DNA from: Ruminococcus sp.
GTDB lineage: Bacteria > Bacillota > Clostridia > Oscillospirales > Ruminococcaceae
DNA: 64,000 nt
Strand: one strand, 5' to 3'
NCBI RefSeq assembly: GCF_017519145.1
Contig: NZ_JAFWTA010000021.1
Positions 45,562 to 53,857 of the stretch are shown piece by piece (position 1 is the first letter of the stretch; every line of letters begins with the position of its first letter). The notes beneath the pieces are model-generated. The model saw only the letters and a list, made by a program, of their open reading frames with translations. It was not told where the DNA came from and did not search any database. Position numbers and translations under genes: made by a program.

Positions 45562-46692
45562 TCAGTTGACAATAGCCTTTTCAGTTTCCTTATCGAAAAT
45601 GTGGATCCTGTTGGGATCAATAGCGACCTTGATATCGTCTCCGGGTCTTGCTGTTGATCTCGGGCTTACTCGTGCTGTGAGCGGGATACCTTCACAGAGG
45701 AGGTAAAGGTATGTTTCAGCACCCATCATTTCTGTAATTTCAACGTTAGCGTCGATAACGCCTGTAGAAGCATTTGAGAGGTACATTTCCTCATCGTGGA
45801 TAGACTCGGGACGAACGCCGAGGATGATCTCCTTGCCAACATAGTTGCCGAGGTCTTCGTTTACCTTAGACTCGGGAACGATGATCTGGTATCTGTTTCC
45901 TCTGCCGTTTGTTGCGCCGAATTCAACGATGAACTGACCATACTCTTCCTTCAGCTCAGCGTCGATGAAGTTCATCTGAGGTGATCCGAGGAAGCCTGCA
46001 ACGAACTTGTTTACAGGGTTCTCATAGAGGTTCTGAGGTGTATCGATCTGCTGAACGAAACCGTCCTTCATACAAACGATTCTGTCACCCATTGTCATAG
46101 CCTCTGTCTGGTCATGAGTTACATAGATAAATGTAGTACCGAGCTTCTTGTGGATCTTAGCGATCTCGGTTCTCATCTGAGCACGGAGCTTAGCATCAAG
46201 GTTTGAGAGAGGCTCGTCGAGGAGGAATACCTTAGGTGAACGAACGATGGCACGACCGAGAGCAACTCTCTGTCTCTGACCACCGGACATTGCCTTAGGC
46301 TTTCTGTCGAGGAGGTGTGTAAGGTCGAGGATCTTAGCAGCCTCGTTTACCTTTCTCTCGATCTCTGCCTTAGGAACCTTACGGAGCTTGAGTCCGAAAG
46401 CCATATTATCGAATACTGTCATATGAGGATAAAGAGCGTAGTTCTGGAAAACCATCGCGATATCTCTGTCCTTGGGAGCGATGTCGTTTACAAGGCGGTC
46501 GCCGATGTAAAGCTCACCCTCAGAGATCTCCTCGAGTCCGGCGATCATACGGAGAGTTGTTGACTTACCGCATCCGGAAGGTCCAACGAGAACGATGAAC
46601 TCCTTATCTCTTATCTCTAAATTAACATCCGAAACAGCTACTACGCCGCCAGGATATTTCTTATAAATGCCTTTAAGTGTTAAGCCTGCCAT
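45562..46692 (-). CDS. msmX: sugar ABC transporter ATP-binding protein (MsmX/MalK/UgpC type)
   Basis: GPSGCGKST Walker A, LSGGQRQRVALGRA signature, FLLDEPLSNLD Walker B, and a C-terminal TOBE-like regulatory domain. Confidence 0.9.
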   Translation of the reverse strand: MAGLTLKGIYKKYPGGVVAVSDVNLEIRDKEFIVLVGPSGCGKSTTLRMIAGLEEISEGELYIGDRLVNDIAPKDRDIAMVFQNYALYPHMTVFDNMAFGLKLRKVPKAEIERKVNEAAKILDLTHLLDRKPKAMSGGQRQRVALGRAIVRSPKVFLLDEPLSNLDAKLRAQMRTEIAKIHKKLGTTFIYVTHDQTEAMTMGDRIVCMKDGFVQQIDTPQNLYENPVNKFVAGFLGSPQMNFIDAELKEEYGQFIVEFGATNGRGNRYQIIVPESKVNEDLGNYVGKEIILGVRPESIHDEEMYLSNASTGVIDANVEITEMMGAETYLYLLCEGIPLTARVSPRSTARPGDDIKVAIDPNRIHIFDKETEKAIVN

Positions 46693-46807
46693 TTAATCCA
46701 GTCCTCCAGTTCAAAATATAATGCCGATCAATTATTCTTTACAGTATCAGCTATGATAATATGATACCACATTTCCAAAAATATTGCAAGTCTCTAAATT
46801 GACAAAG

Positions 46808-47593
46808 TTACATCTTGTTTATTAGAAAGTTTGCCGAAAAAACAGCCGAAAAACCTTGGCAAAAGGCGTCGAAATCCGACTCTTTAAACAAGTTTTCAAC
46901 ATCTTTGTGCAATAATTCCATACACTCTCCGATCGCCAGTTTTTCGGGCAAAACAAGACCTCCGAGAGAAACTCGCATCAATACCTCGACGTGGTTTCCC
47001 ACAGAGGCGAACATTCTTTTCACCTGATGATATTTTCCCTCGCAGAGCTCCACAAACGCCAGATTATCGCTGTTTTCAGCCTTTCTCACACGAGCGGGGA
47101 GACAAGTTTCGCCGTCAGCGAGAGTCAGCCCATCACGAAATTTGTTAACATAATTATTTTCAAATGGTCTGGCAAGTTTCACAATATAAACTTTAGGTAT
47201 GTGTCTGCGCGGTGAGAGCATACGATGGGCAAGCTCACCGTCATCTGTCAGCAGCAGAGCGCCCATGCTGTCCTTGTCAAGCCTGCCTGCGGGGAACATC
47301 CCTTTTGTCCGCATATTCTCGGGAACGAGCTTCATAACTGTCTCGCCGTCCTTATCGTCGGTAGAGCACACATAGCCCTGCGGCTTATTGAGTAAAATAT
47401 AGCGGAACCTGCTGTTTCCCACAGCATTTCCGCAGACCTCCGCACGGGCGGTATCGGGGTCTATCTTCACATCGCAGCGCTTCACGACAGCTCCGTCAAG
47501 GGTTATCTTTCCCTTTGCCGCGAGCTCCTTTATCTGACTGCGGGTATACTCCGTTCTCTCGGAGATGAATTTATCAAGTCTGACCGACGCCAT
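46808..47593 (-). CDS. rsuA: RsuA/RluB-family rRNA pseudouridine synthase
   Basis: S4 domain MASVRLDKFISERTEYTRSQIKEL, catalytic GRLDKDSMGALLLTDDGEL, and YHQVKRMF. Confidence 0.85.
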   Translation of the reverse strand: MASVRLDKFISERTEYTRSQIKELAAKGKITLDGAVVKRCDVKIDPDTARAEVCGNAVGNSRFRYILLNKPQGYVCSTDDKDGETVMKLVPENMRTKGMFPAGRLDKDSMGALLLTDDGELAHRMLSPRRHIPKVYIVKLARPFENNYVNKFRDGLTLADGETCLPARVRKAENSDNLAFVELCEGKYHQVKRMFASVGNHVEVLMRVSLGGLVLPEKLAIGECMELLHKDVENLFKESDFDAFCQGFSAVFSANFLINKM

Positions 47594-47687
47594 AGCAACT
47601 CCTTTTGTAATAATCCCCCTCTGTGACGGAATATGATTGTAATCGGGAAGTTTTTCCCGTAATTCCGGTCATAAAGGAGCGATATCC

Positions 47688-48095
47688 ATGAAAAAGCTCA
47701 CATTCATGTTCATAGCTGCGGCTGCTTTTGCCCTGACAGCCTGCAGCAGCAGGGGCGGCAGCTCCGAAGCAGCCATACCCGCAGGCGAGTCCTCTCAGCG
47801 CATAGACTACTTTGCCTCTCACGGCTGGGAGGTGGAGGAGATATCCGAGCGCACCGTAACTATACCCACGGAGTTTTCCTCGGTATATGAGGAATATGCT
47901 CTCATACAGGATAGGCAGGGGCTTCCTCTGAGAAAATACGCAGGAAGAAATGCAAAGCTTTTCGTATATGAGGTAAAAAATTACAGCCCCGACAGCAAAA
48001 AAATGCTTGCAGAGCTGCTTGTCTGTGATGATACTGCCGTTGCCTCAATGGTATACAGTGAGGACAGCGGCAGTATAAAATTGCCTGTCAGCTGA
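47688..48095 (+). CDS. DUF4830 lipoprotein
   Basis: Lipobox AFALTACSS, then IDYFASHGWEVEEISERTVTIPTEFSSVYEEYALIQDRQGLPLRKYAGR. Confidence 0.7.
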   Translation: MKKLTFMFIAAAAFALTACSSRGGSSEAAIPAGESSQRIDYFASHGWEVEEISERTVTIPTEFSSVYEEYALIQDRQGLPLRKYAGRNAKLFVYEVKNYSPDSKKMLAELLVCDDTAVASMVYSEDSGSIKLPVS

Positions 48096-48470
48096 TCAGA
48101 ATACGTTCAGAAGGCTGCCGATAAAGGGCATTCTATAAGCCTTGCCCTTGTATGCGCCGTATAAATAAACGAGGAGAACTGCAAAAAGAGCAAGTGAGAT
48201 AACTACACTGCAAAGGAGACCGAGTACGGGGATCTTTCCGAGAATAAATCTTACGATATTTACAATGAACAATGTTATGAGCCATGTCAGAGACTGATTT
48301 CCATGGAATTTGCAGTAGGTCGAATTCTTGTCACCTGCAACTGTGGGCAACCAGCAAAGAAATGGGAAAATATAGGCAAGTATAGCCAATGCCTTATGCT
48401 TCTGTACCTCATTCTGAACGAATGTCTGCTCCGTGTTGATGTCGTTGAACTGCTCAAGGAAATTATCCAT
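48096..48470 (-). CDS. DUF4870-like membrane protein
   Basis: ILAYIFPFLCWLPTVAGDKNSTYCKFHGNQSLTWLI plus two further TM helices. Confidence 0.6.
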   Translation of the reverse strand: MDNFLEQFNDINTEQTFVQNEVQKHKALAILAYIFPFLCWLPTVAGDKNSTYCKFHGNQSLTWLITLFIVNIVRFILGKIPVLGLLCSVVISLALFAVLLVYLYGAYKGKAYRMPFIGSLLNVF

Positions 48471-48473
48471 GAT

Positions 48474-48965
48474 TCATACCTCCGTATTTTTATTTTCGGA
48501 ATCTTCTTCCGATTTTTGCTCTTTCCTGTCAAATTCGCTTATTGCGGCAACGAAGCTGTCTATATCCGTGAAGTCCTTGTACACCGAAGCAAATCTGATG
48601 TATGAGATAGGGTCGATATCTCTGAGCCTGTCAAGGACCAGCTCGCCTATCTCCGCAGACTTTGCAACTGTTCTCAATGCATTTGCGTAGTAATTTTCCA
48701 CATAATTTGCTATCTCGGTGACCTTCTCTGCAGAGACAGGTCTCTTTTTTATTGCCGAGACTATACCGTTTATGAGCTTTGCCTTGTCGAAGAGCTGAAC
48801 GCTTCCGTCCCTCTTTTCGACCATGAGCAGCGGCACCTCAACAGCCTCATATGTGGTAAATCTCTCGCCGCATCTTGAACACTCGCGTCTGCGTCTTGTC
48901 TTATCGTCAACAGGACGCGAATCTATTACTTTTATATCTTCATATCCGCAGTATGGACACTTCAT
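48474..48965 (-). CDS. nrdR: transcriptional repressor NrdR
   Basis: MKCPYCGYEDIKVIDSRPVDD...RRRECSRCGERFTTYE zinc ribbon followed by an ATP-cone. Confidence 0.95.
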   Translation of the reverse strand: MKCPYCGYEDIKVIDSRPVDDKTRRRRECSRCGERFTTYEAVEVPLLMVEKRDGSVQLFDKAKLINGIVSAIKKRPVSAEKVTEIANYVENYYANALRTVAKSAEIGELVLDRLRDIDPISYIRFASVYKDFTDIDSFVAAISEFDRKEQKSEEDSENKNTEV

Positions 48966-49765
48966 AGCTTCTGCTCCCCGCAATAAGACTCAGTCATTCT
49001 TGTAAGTATATTATAGCTGGAAACAAGGTCGCTTATGCCGCTCCAACCGCTTCTGTACAGCTCAAGTATGACGCTGCAATCGGGGTTATAGCCTGCAAGC
49101 TTGTCAAAGAATTTCCTGAAGTCGAACCTGCCTTTTCCTATGAGGAGGCAGTCGCCCATTTCTCCCGAGTCGCTGATATGGACATGGGCTATCTTGTCGC
49201 CCACCACATCGAGGAACCTCATGGGATTTTCGTTTGAGCGTATCGCCTGTTTTGTATCGAGTACAAAGGCGAATTCGTCTCCCAGCATATTCTTTATTTC
49301 CTTTATAAACGCCGAAGAACCGCTTTTACATCTTGATACGTTCTCAACAGCCACAGTTACCCCGAATTCTTTTCCGAGGCGGTAAAGCTTTGAGTACCTT
49401 TCGCAGTAGAGCTCGGCATTGCATACCGACGAGGGCTTTCCTCCGTGGAAAACGAAGATATCGGCTCCCACGATATTCATGAAACGAAAATACAGCTTGT
49501 AGTATTCCAGCATATCGTTTACTCTGCGCTCGTACTCCGAGAAGAACATCTGAGGCTCTATCTCGCAGGTAAACGGATGTACAGACGGGCATTTCACATC
49601 AAATCTCTTCAGAAGATTGGCAACGCCGTGAGCGAAGCCCTTTTTCAGCTCCGAATGGGTATTGATGAACACCTCAACGCAGGAAACGCCGTTGACCGAA
49701 AGGTCGTAAAGGGCTTCCTCAAGGGGTTTTGGATACAGGCAAGCTGTAGAAATACCTGCTATCAA
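48962..49765 (-). CDS. sugar phosphate isomerase/epimerase (xylose-isomerase-like TIM barrel)
   Basis: GISTACLYP...VEVFINTHSE, VFHGG, VAVENV and HISD blocks. It overlaps the nrdR start by 4 nt. Confidence 0.72.
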   Translation of the reverse strand: MIAGISTACLYPKPLEEALYDLSVNGVSCVEVFINTHSELKKGFAHGVANLLKRFDVKCPSVHPFTCEIEPQMFFSEYERRVNDMLEYYKLYFRFMNIVGADIFVFHGGKPSSVCNAELYCERYSKLYRLGKEFGVTVAVENVSRCKSGSSAFIKEIKNMLGDEFAFVLDTKQAIRSNENPMRFLDVVGDKIAHVHISDSGEMGDCLLIGKGRFDFRKFFDKLAGYNPDCSVILELYRSGWSGISDLVSSYNILTRMTESYCGEQKL

Positions 49766-49865
49766 TTATACCCCTCCTTGCGCTGTTCTGATACAACTTT
49801 ATTATAACATATTCAGCCCGAAAGTCAATAGAACGAACAAAAAATTTACATTCCCGCGGGAAGTA

Positions 49866-51194
49866 TCATTCTTCATCGTCCCCGTCATTTTTCTCTTTTT
49901 TCAGCTTGTTGACTCGGCAGACCTCTATACGGTGGTGCTTCACCTCGAGAACGGCTATTTTAAGCCCTCCTGCCTCAAGAGTGAGCTGAGAGCCGTCCTT
50001 GGGTATCTCGCCCAGCTTTGCTATGACATAGCCGCCGAAGGTCTCATACTTATCCGCGGGGAGAGTTACCTCAAGCTCCTCACAGACGTCGCTGAGAGAG
50101 CTGATACCGGGAACTGTCCATGTGTTCTCCCCTGTCTGTTCAAGCCTTGCAGCAGGCTCATCTTCCGGGTCGTCGGCGAAGTCGCCCACAAGCTCCTCAA
50201 CAAGGTCGGTGATGGTGATGATACCGCTCATGCCGCCGTATTCGTCAACTACTATGGCGAAGTGATCTGCACCGCGCTGCTTCATCTGGTCGAAAAGGCG
50301 GTCAGCCTTCATGTTCTCGTGTACGAAGCAGGGCTCGCGGACAGCCTTAGCCATAATGTTGTCCATGCTCTTGTCCTCAAGGCGGAAGTAGTCCTTGGCG
50401 TTGAGGACGCCGATGACGTTATCCACACTTTCTCCGCAGATGGGGAAAGCCGAATGACGGGTGCGGTGGATAGTCTCCTCCCATACGCTGACATCGTCGG
50501 CGCTCCAGAGAACGTCAACATCGGTCCTGTGGGTACAGACCTGTTCTGCTGTCATATCGTCAAAGGCAAAGACGTTTTTGATTATGCGGTTCTCGTCCTC
50601 GTCGATGGTGCCTTTTTCCGCACCTGCGTCGGACATCATGAGTATCTCCTCTTCGGTAACGGTGTCGTCATCGCTCTCGGGGTCGATGCCCATGAGTCTG
50701 AGTATGCCGTTAGCTGAGGCGTTGAGCAGCCATACCATAGGCGCAAACAGCTTTGACACAAAGGTGATGGCTCCGCTCATGGCGAGAGCTATCTTCTCGG
50801 GGTCTTTCATGGCTGCGCGTTTGGGTACCAGCTCGCCGAAAACCAGTGTGAAATATGAGAGTATCAGTGTTATGAGAACTACCGACACTTTCTTTACGAC
50901 AGCCGAGGGTATGCCTATACCCGTCTTTGATATAGCTGACGTAAGGTATTCCGAAAAGCTGTCCGCGGCAAAAGCCGCTCCGATAAAGCCTGCCAGAGTT
51001 ATAGCCACCTGAATAGTGGCAAGGAAGCGTGTGGGGCTGTCCGTCAGCTTTTTCAGCCTTGCAGCTTTTTTGTTGCCGCTTGCAGCAAGCTTTTCAATGC
51101 GCATATCATTGGTAGAAATGACAGCGACCTCCGCACAGGCAAAGACCGCATTGAGCGCAATAAGTATTATTTGCAGAATTATCTGCCCGATCAT
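49866..51194 (-). CDS. CNNM/TlyC-family membrane protein (DUF21-CBS pair-CorC_HlyC)
   Basis: N-terminal DUF21 TMs (LNAVFACAEVAVIS), CBS pair (RTRHSAFPI..., HFAIVVDEYGGMSGIITITDLVEELVG), and C-terminal transporter-associated domain. Confidence 0.88.
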   Translation of the reverse strand: MIGQIILQIILIALNAVFACAEVAVISTNDMRIEKLAASGNKKAARLKKLTDSPTRFLATIQVAITLAGFIGAAFAADSFSEYLTSAISKTGIGIPSAVVKKVSVVLITLILSYFTLVFGELVPKRAAMKDPEKIALAMSGAITFVSKLFAPMVWLLNASANGILRLMGIDPESDDDTVTEEEILMMSDAGAEKGTIDEDENRIIKNVFAFDDMTAEQVCTHRTDVDVLWSADDVSVWEETIHRTRHSAFPICGESVDNVIGVLNAKDYFRLEDKSMDNIMAKAVREPCFVHENMKADRLFDQMKQRGADHFAIVVDEYGGMSGIITITDLVEELVGDFADDPEDEPAARLEQTGENTWTVPGISSLSDVCEELEVTLPADKYETFGGYVIAKLGEIPKDGSQLTLEAGGLKIAVLEVKHHRIEVCRVNKLKKEKNDGDDEE

Positions 51195-51470
51195 TTTATA
51201 TCCTCCGTTTTAATATATTTTTTCCATAACCTCATAAAGGCACAGCCTAACACAAACGATAGTGCAGACCATGCCTCGGTATCATATATTCAGCGGAGTA
51301 TATTCCGTAATTATCAGGATTACTGCCGTCAGGGGCACCGTCCATCTCAGTTTTCATCTCCTGTTCTGCACAAATTATATTTTTATATCAGCGTAACGAA
51401 TGCGACATATCCTTCGTCGGAAAATATCCCGAGCTTTTGAAAGATAATGATATAATGTATTTATATAGCA

Positions 51471-51493
51471 TTCGTCTTGCGAACATTATATCA
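51471..51493. repeat. 23-bp repeat, copy 1 (left palindrome arm degenerate)
   Basis: TTCGTCTTGCGAACATTATATCA, identical to 51585-51607. Confidence 0.7.
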
Positions 51494-51576
51494 CAAAAGC
51501 GAAGCTTTTTGATATAATTGTCCGATTGCAGGGAGCATATCTTTGATATGCGTATCTGCAAGGACATAAAAATAAT

Positions 51577-51607
51577 ATATAATGTTCGTCTTGCGAACAT
51601 TATATCA
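51577..51607. repeat. 23-bp repeat, copy 2, embedded in a perfect 12-bp inverted repeat
   Basis: ATATAATGTTCG-tcttg-CGAACATTATAT (51577-51605). Confidence 0.7.
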
Positions 51608-51694
51608 TATATTTCAAAATAAAGCAACACTAAGCGGAAAAATTTTTCACAGTCTCCAAATAGGATGCATATTATAAGGCGGAGGTGTGATATT

Positions 51695-52309
51695 TTGCTG
51701 AAAGAACTGTTCCTCTCCGTCATTATCAGCATCGACATATTTCTTGCGGCAGCCGCCTGCTGCAACAGCGGCATACGGATACCCCTGCTGTCTGCTGCGG
51801 TCATAGACCTTATATCCGCGGCTGTACTTGGTATTTCCATGACATTTTCCGACATTATCTGCCGTGCTCTTCCCACTGAGTTCTGCCGCACGGCAGGGGA
51901 AGCGGTACTCATCATCATCGGCTCTGCCACCATCGCAAAAAGCCTGTTCCGCAGCCTTGTGCGGCGAATTGCCGACAGGGGAGAGCTGCTGCTGAAGCTG
52001 AGGGGGAGCTCCCTCATGGTGAAGCTTTGCATCGACGACACCGCAGCGGATAAGGACTGCTCAAAGGTGCTGTCCGCAGGGGAGGCTGCCGCCCTTGCAC
52101 TGGCAAGCTCCCTCGACTCTGCAGCAACGGGGCTCAGCTGCGGATACGGCGGCATATCACCGTTTTCTGCCTCGGCTGTGACCTTTGTGTGCGGAGCCGC
52201 TGCACTTATCCTCGGCTCGGCGGCAGGCAGAAAAATATCCTCCCTGCGGCATGATCTTTCATGGCTGGGAGGAATACTTCTCATAGTATTCGCCTTTTTT
52301 CAGGCTTAG
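51695..52309 (+). CDS. ytaF: sporulation membrane protein YtaF (MntP/DUF204-like)
   Basis: LLKELFLSVIISIDIFLAAAACCNSGIRIP and LALASSLDSAATGLSCGYGGIS, the duplicated DUF204 pattern. TTG start 7 nt after GGAGGTG; ATG 51665 is an alternative start. Confidence 0.7.
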   Translation: MLKELFLSVIISIDIFLAAAACCNSGIRIPLLSAAVIDLISAAVLGISMTFSDIICRALPTEFCRTAGEAVLIIIGSATIAKSLFRSLVRRIADRGELLLKLRGSSLMVKLCIDDTAADKDCSKVLSAGEAAALALASSLDSAATGLSCGYGGISPFSASAVTFVCGAAALILGSAAGRKISSLRHDLSWLGGILLIVFAFFQA

Positions 52310-53106
52310 ATCTCGTATATCACGATCTCGGCAGGGTCAAAGAGCCTCAGCTTGCCCAGTCCTGCGGACACAAGGAGCTTCATTTTACCGAAGGTATACA
52401 CTCCCTTGGCATTTTTCGGGAAAAATTTCCTCTCGGGAGAGAGCATTGCAATTCCGAAAAGCCTGACAGCTCCGCCGTGAACATGGCCGCTGAAGGTGTA
52501 ATCAGCGCCCCATTCCGCATAGGCTTCCCCGAAAAAGGGATTGTGCGCCATTAGCAGCACCTCTCCCTCGGGACAGCTGCCAAGGAGGGCTTCCAGATCA
52601 TCGGCGGTAATGCTGTCAAGACCGCGGTAGCCGCCGTTTTTCTTATACACGCCGTAATTTTCAAGGAGGCCGTATATTTTCAGCTCCCTGCCCTTTATAC
52701 TCACCGTTGTATGCTGATTTTTCAGCATAACAGCCTCTGTCCTTGCGAACATAGCCTCCAGCTCGGGCTTCATTTCCGCGGAAATGCTCTGCTCGTGGTT
52801 GCCGTAAATCATGTATACGGGAGCGATCTTACAGAGCTCGCTGAGGGTCTTTTCTGCGATCTCAAGGCTTTCGGTGTCCCTTGAAACGAGGTCGCCGCTA
52901 AAAATGATAAGGTCGGGTTTCTCCGCTCTTACCCTGTTGATGAGCCTGCTGTTGTCACTGCCGAAGCGCCGCCTGTGGAGGTCGGAAAGATGGGCTATCT
53001 TAATGCCGCTTCCCAGCTTCTCACGCCTGACCGTCAGGATGTAAAGGTTCTCCGCTGCCGCATATACGGCAAGTAGAATTACTACTAAAAGTATAATATA
53101 TATCAA
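52306..53106 (-). CDS. calcineurin-like metallophosphoesterase with an N-terminal TM (YkuE-like)
   Basis: IAHLSDLH, FSGDLV, YGNHE and GHVHGG motifs. Confidence 0.85.
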   Translation of the reverse strand: MIYIILLVVILLAVYAAAENLYILTVRREKLGSGIKIAHLSDLHRRRFGSDNSRLINRVRAEKPDLIIFSGDLVSRDTESLEIAEKTLSELCKIAPVYMIYGNHEQSISAEMKPELEAMFARTEAVMLKNQHTTVSIKGRELKIYGLLENYGVYKKNGGYRGLDSITADDLEALLGSCPEGEVLLMAHNPFFGEAYAEWGADYTFSGHVHGGAVRLFGIAMLSPERKFFPKNAKGVYTFGKMKLLVSAGLGKLRLFDPAEIVIYEI

Positions 53107-53390
53107 TTTTTCTCTCCAAAAAACAGGTCGTAAAACCTTCTCTCCTCGCCCTTGGGTATTCTATGGGGACTTCCCGAAAACAGCAGCCTTATGGGCTGAG
53201 GCTCAAAGCCCTCGTCGCAGAAATGCTCATAGGTATACTCGTCTATCTCATAATAATCGCTGTAATACATGAAGCTGTCGTTCTCCAGCGTATTCATCAC
53301 ATACATATTCAGTGCAGGAGACCAGCCCGCATACATGATATTGTTAGGGTGCATCTTTTTACGCTCTATAACTCCGCCCATAGCTCTCAT
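53103..53390 (-). CDS. hypothetical protein (95 aa)
   Basis: Its ends overlap both neighbours by 4 nt (operon packing). Tyr/Glu-rich. No family recognised. Confidence 0.4.
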   Translation of the reverse strand: MRAMGGVIERKKMHPNNIMYAGWSPALNMYVMNTLENDSFMYYSDYYEIDEYTYEHFCDEGFEPQPIRLLFSGSPHRIPKGEERRFYDLFFGEKN

Positions 53391-53857
53391 TTCCTTTCTC
53401 TGCGGCTGTCCTGCCCGTGTTTTTTCATTATCAGGGCGTCAATTACCCCGAAAATCAGCAGATACAGCGAGGTGAACACAAATCTTCCTGCATATGTTGC
53501 TATGACTTCCCTTACTGTTCCCCTGTACTCCGCATCGGGAGAAAATACGCTTATGTCGGGAGCTGCCAGCAGCATTATCACTGTCAGTATAACTCCCGTA
53601 AGCAGGGGCACGGCTGCCGAGAATATGAAAAAGAACCGCCGCGAGAAGCTGCCTTCCCTTCCGCTGTCAAGCTGTACGAAATGATACATCATACATAGCA
53701 CGAGGGGCGTCACCAAAGTGAAGCCCCATGCGTAGTTTATTTTTTCGTATACGAACCAGTTTGCCCACTGGCAGAAAAGGCTTGCCAGAGTCACAGCCAT
53801 GGCTGTGAACGGGCTTTCGCGGAAGCTGAGGAAGCTCTCCTCAGGCTTATTCCTCAT
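53387..53857 (-). CDS. hypothetical polytopic membrane protein
   Basis: Four hydrophobic helices. Its start overlaps the gyrA stop region. Confidence 0.45.
   Translation of the reverse strand: MRNKPEESFLSFRESPFTAMAVTLASLFCQWANWFVYEKINYAWGFTLVTPLVLCMMYHFVQLDSGREGSFSRRFFFIFSAAVPLLTGVILTVIMLLAAPDISVFSPDAEYRGTVREVIATYAGRFVFTSLYLLIFGVIDALIMKKHGQDSRRERK

Noticed and set aside
51243-51357. A roughly 37-codon minus-strand mini-ORF (MKTEMDGAPDGSNPDNYG...) upstream of the CNNM gene
   Set aside because: AGGAG abuts the ATG with no spacer, and I could not assess conservation. It is likely fortuitous.
51577-51605. The palindrome as a LexA (Cheo) box
   Set aside because: The Cheo box is CGAAC-N4-GTTCG. 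Here the half-sites are in the opposite order (GTTCG-N5-CGAAC) with different spacing, and no SOS gene is adjacent.
51388-52284. 298-aa minus-strand ORF overlapping the ytaF-like gene
   Set aside because: The plus-strand frame gives a duplicated DUF204/YtaF membrane pattern with an RBS. The minus-strand translation is low-complexity (A/S/R-rich), and it runs through the repeat-containing intergenic region.
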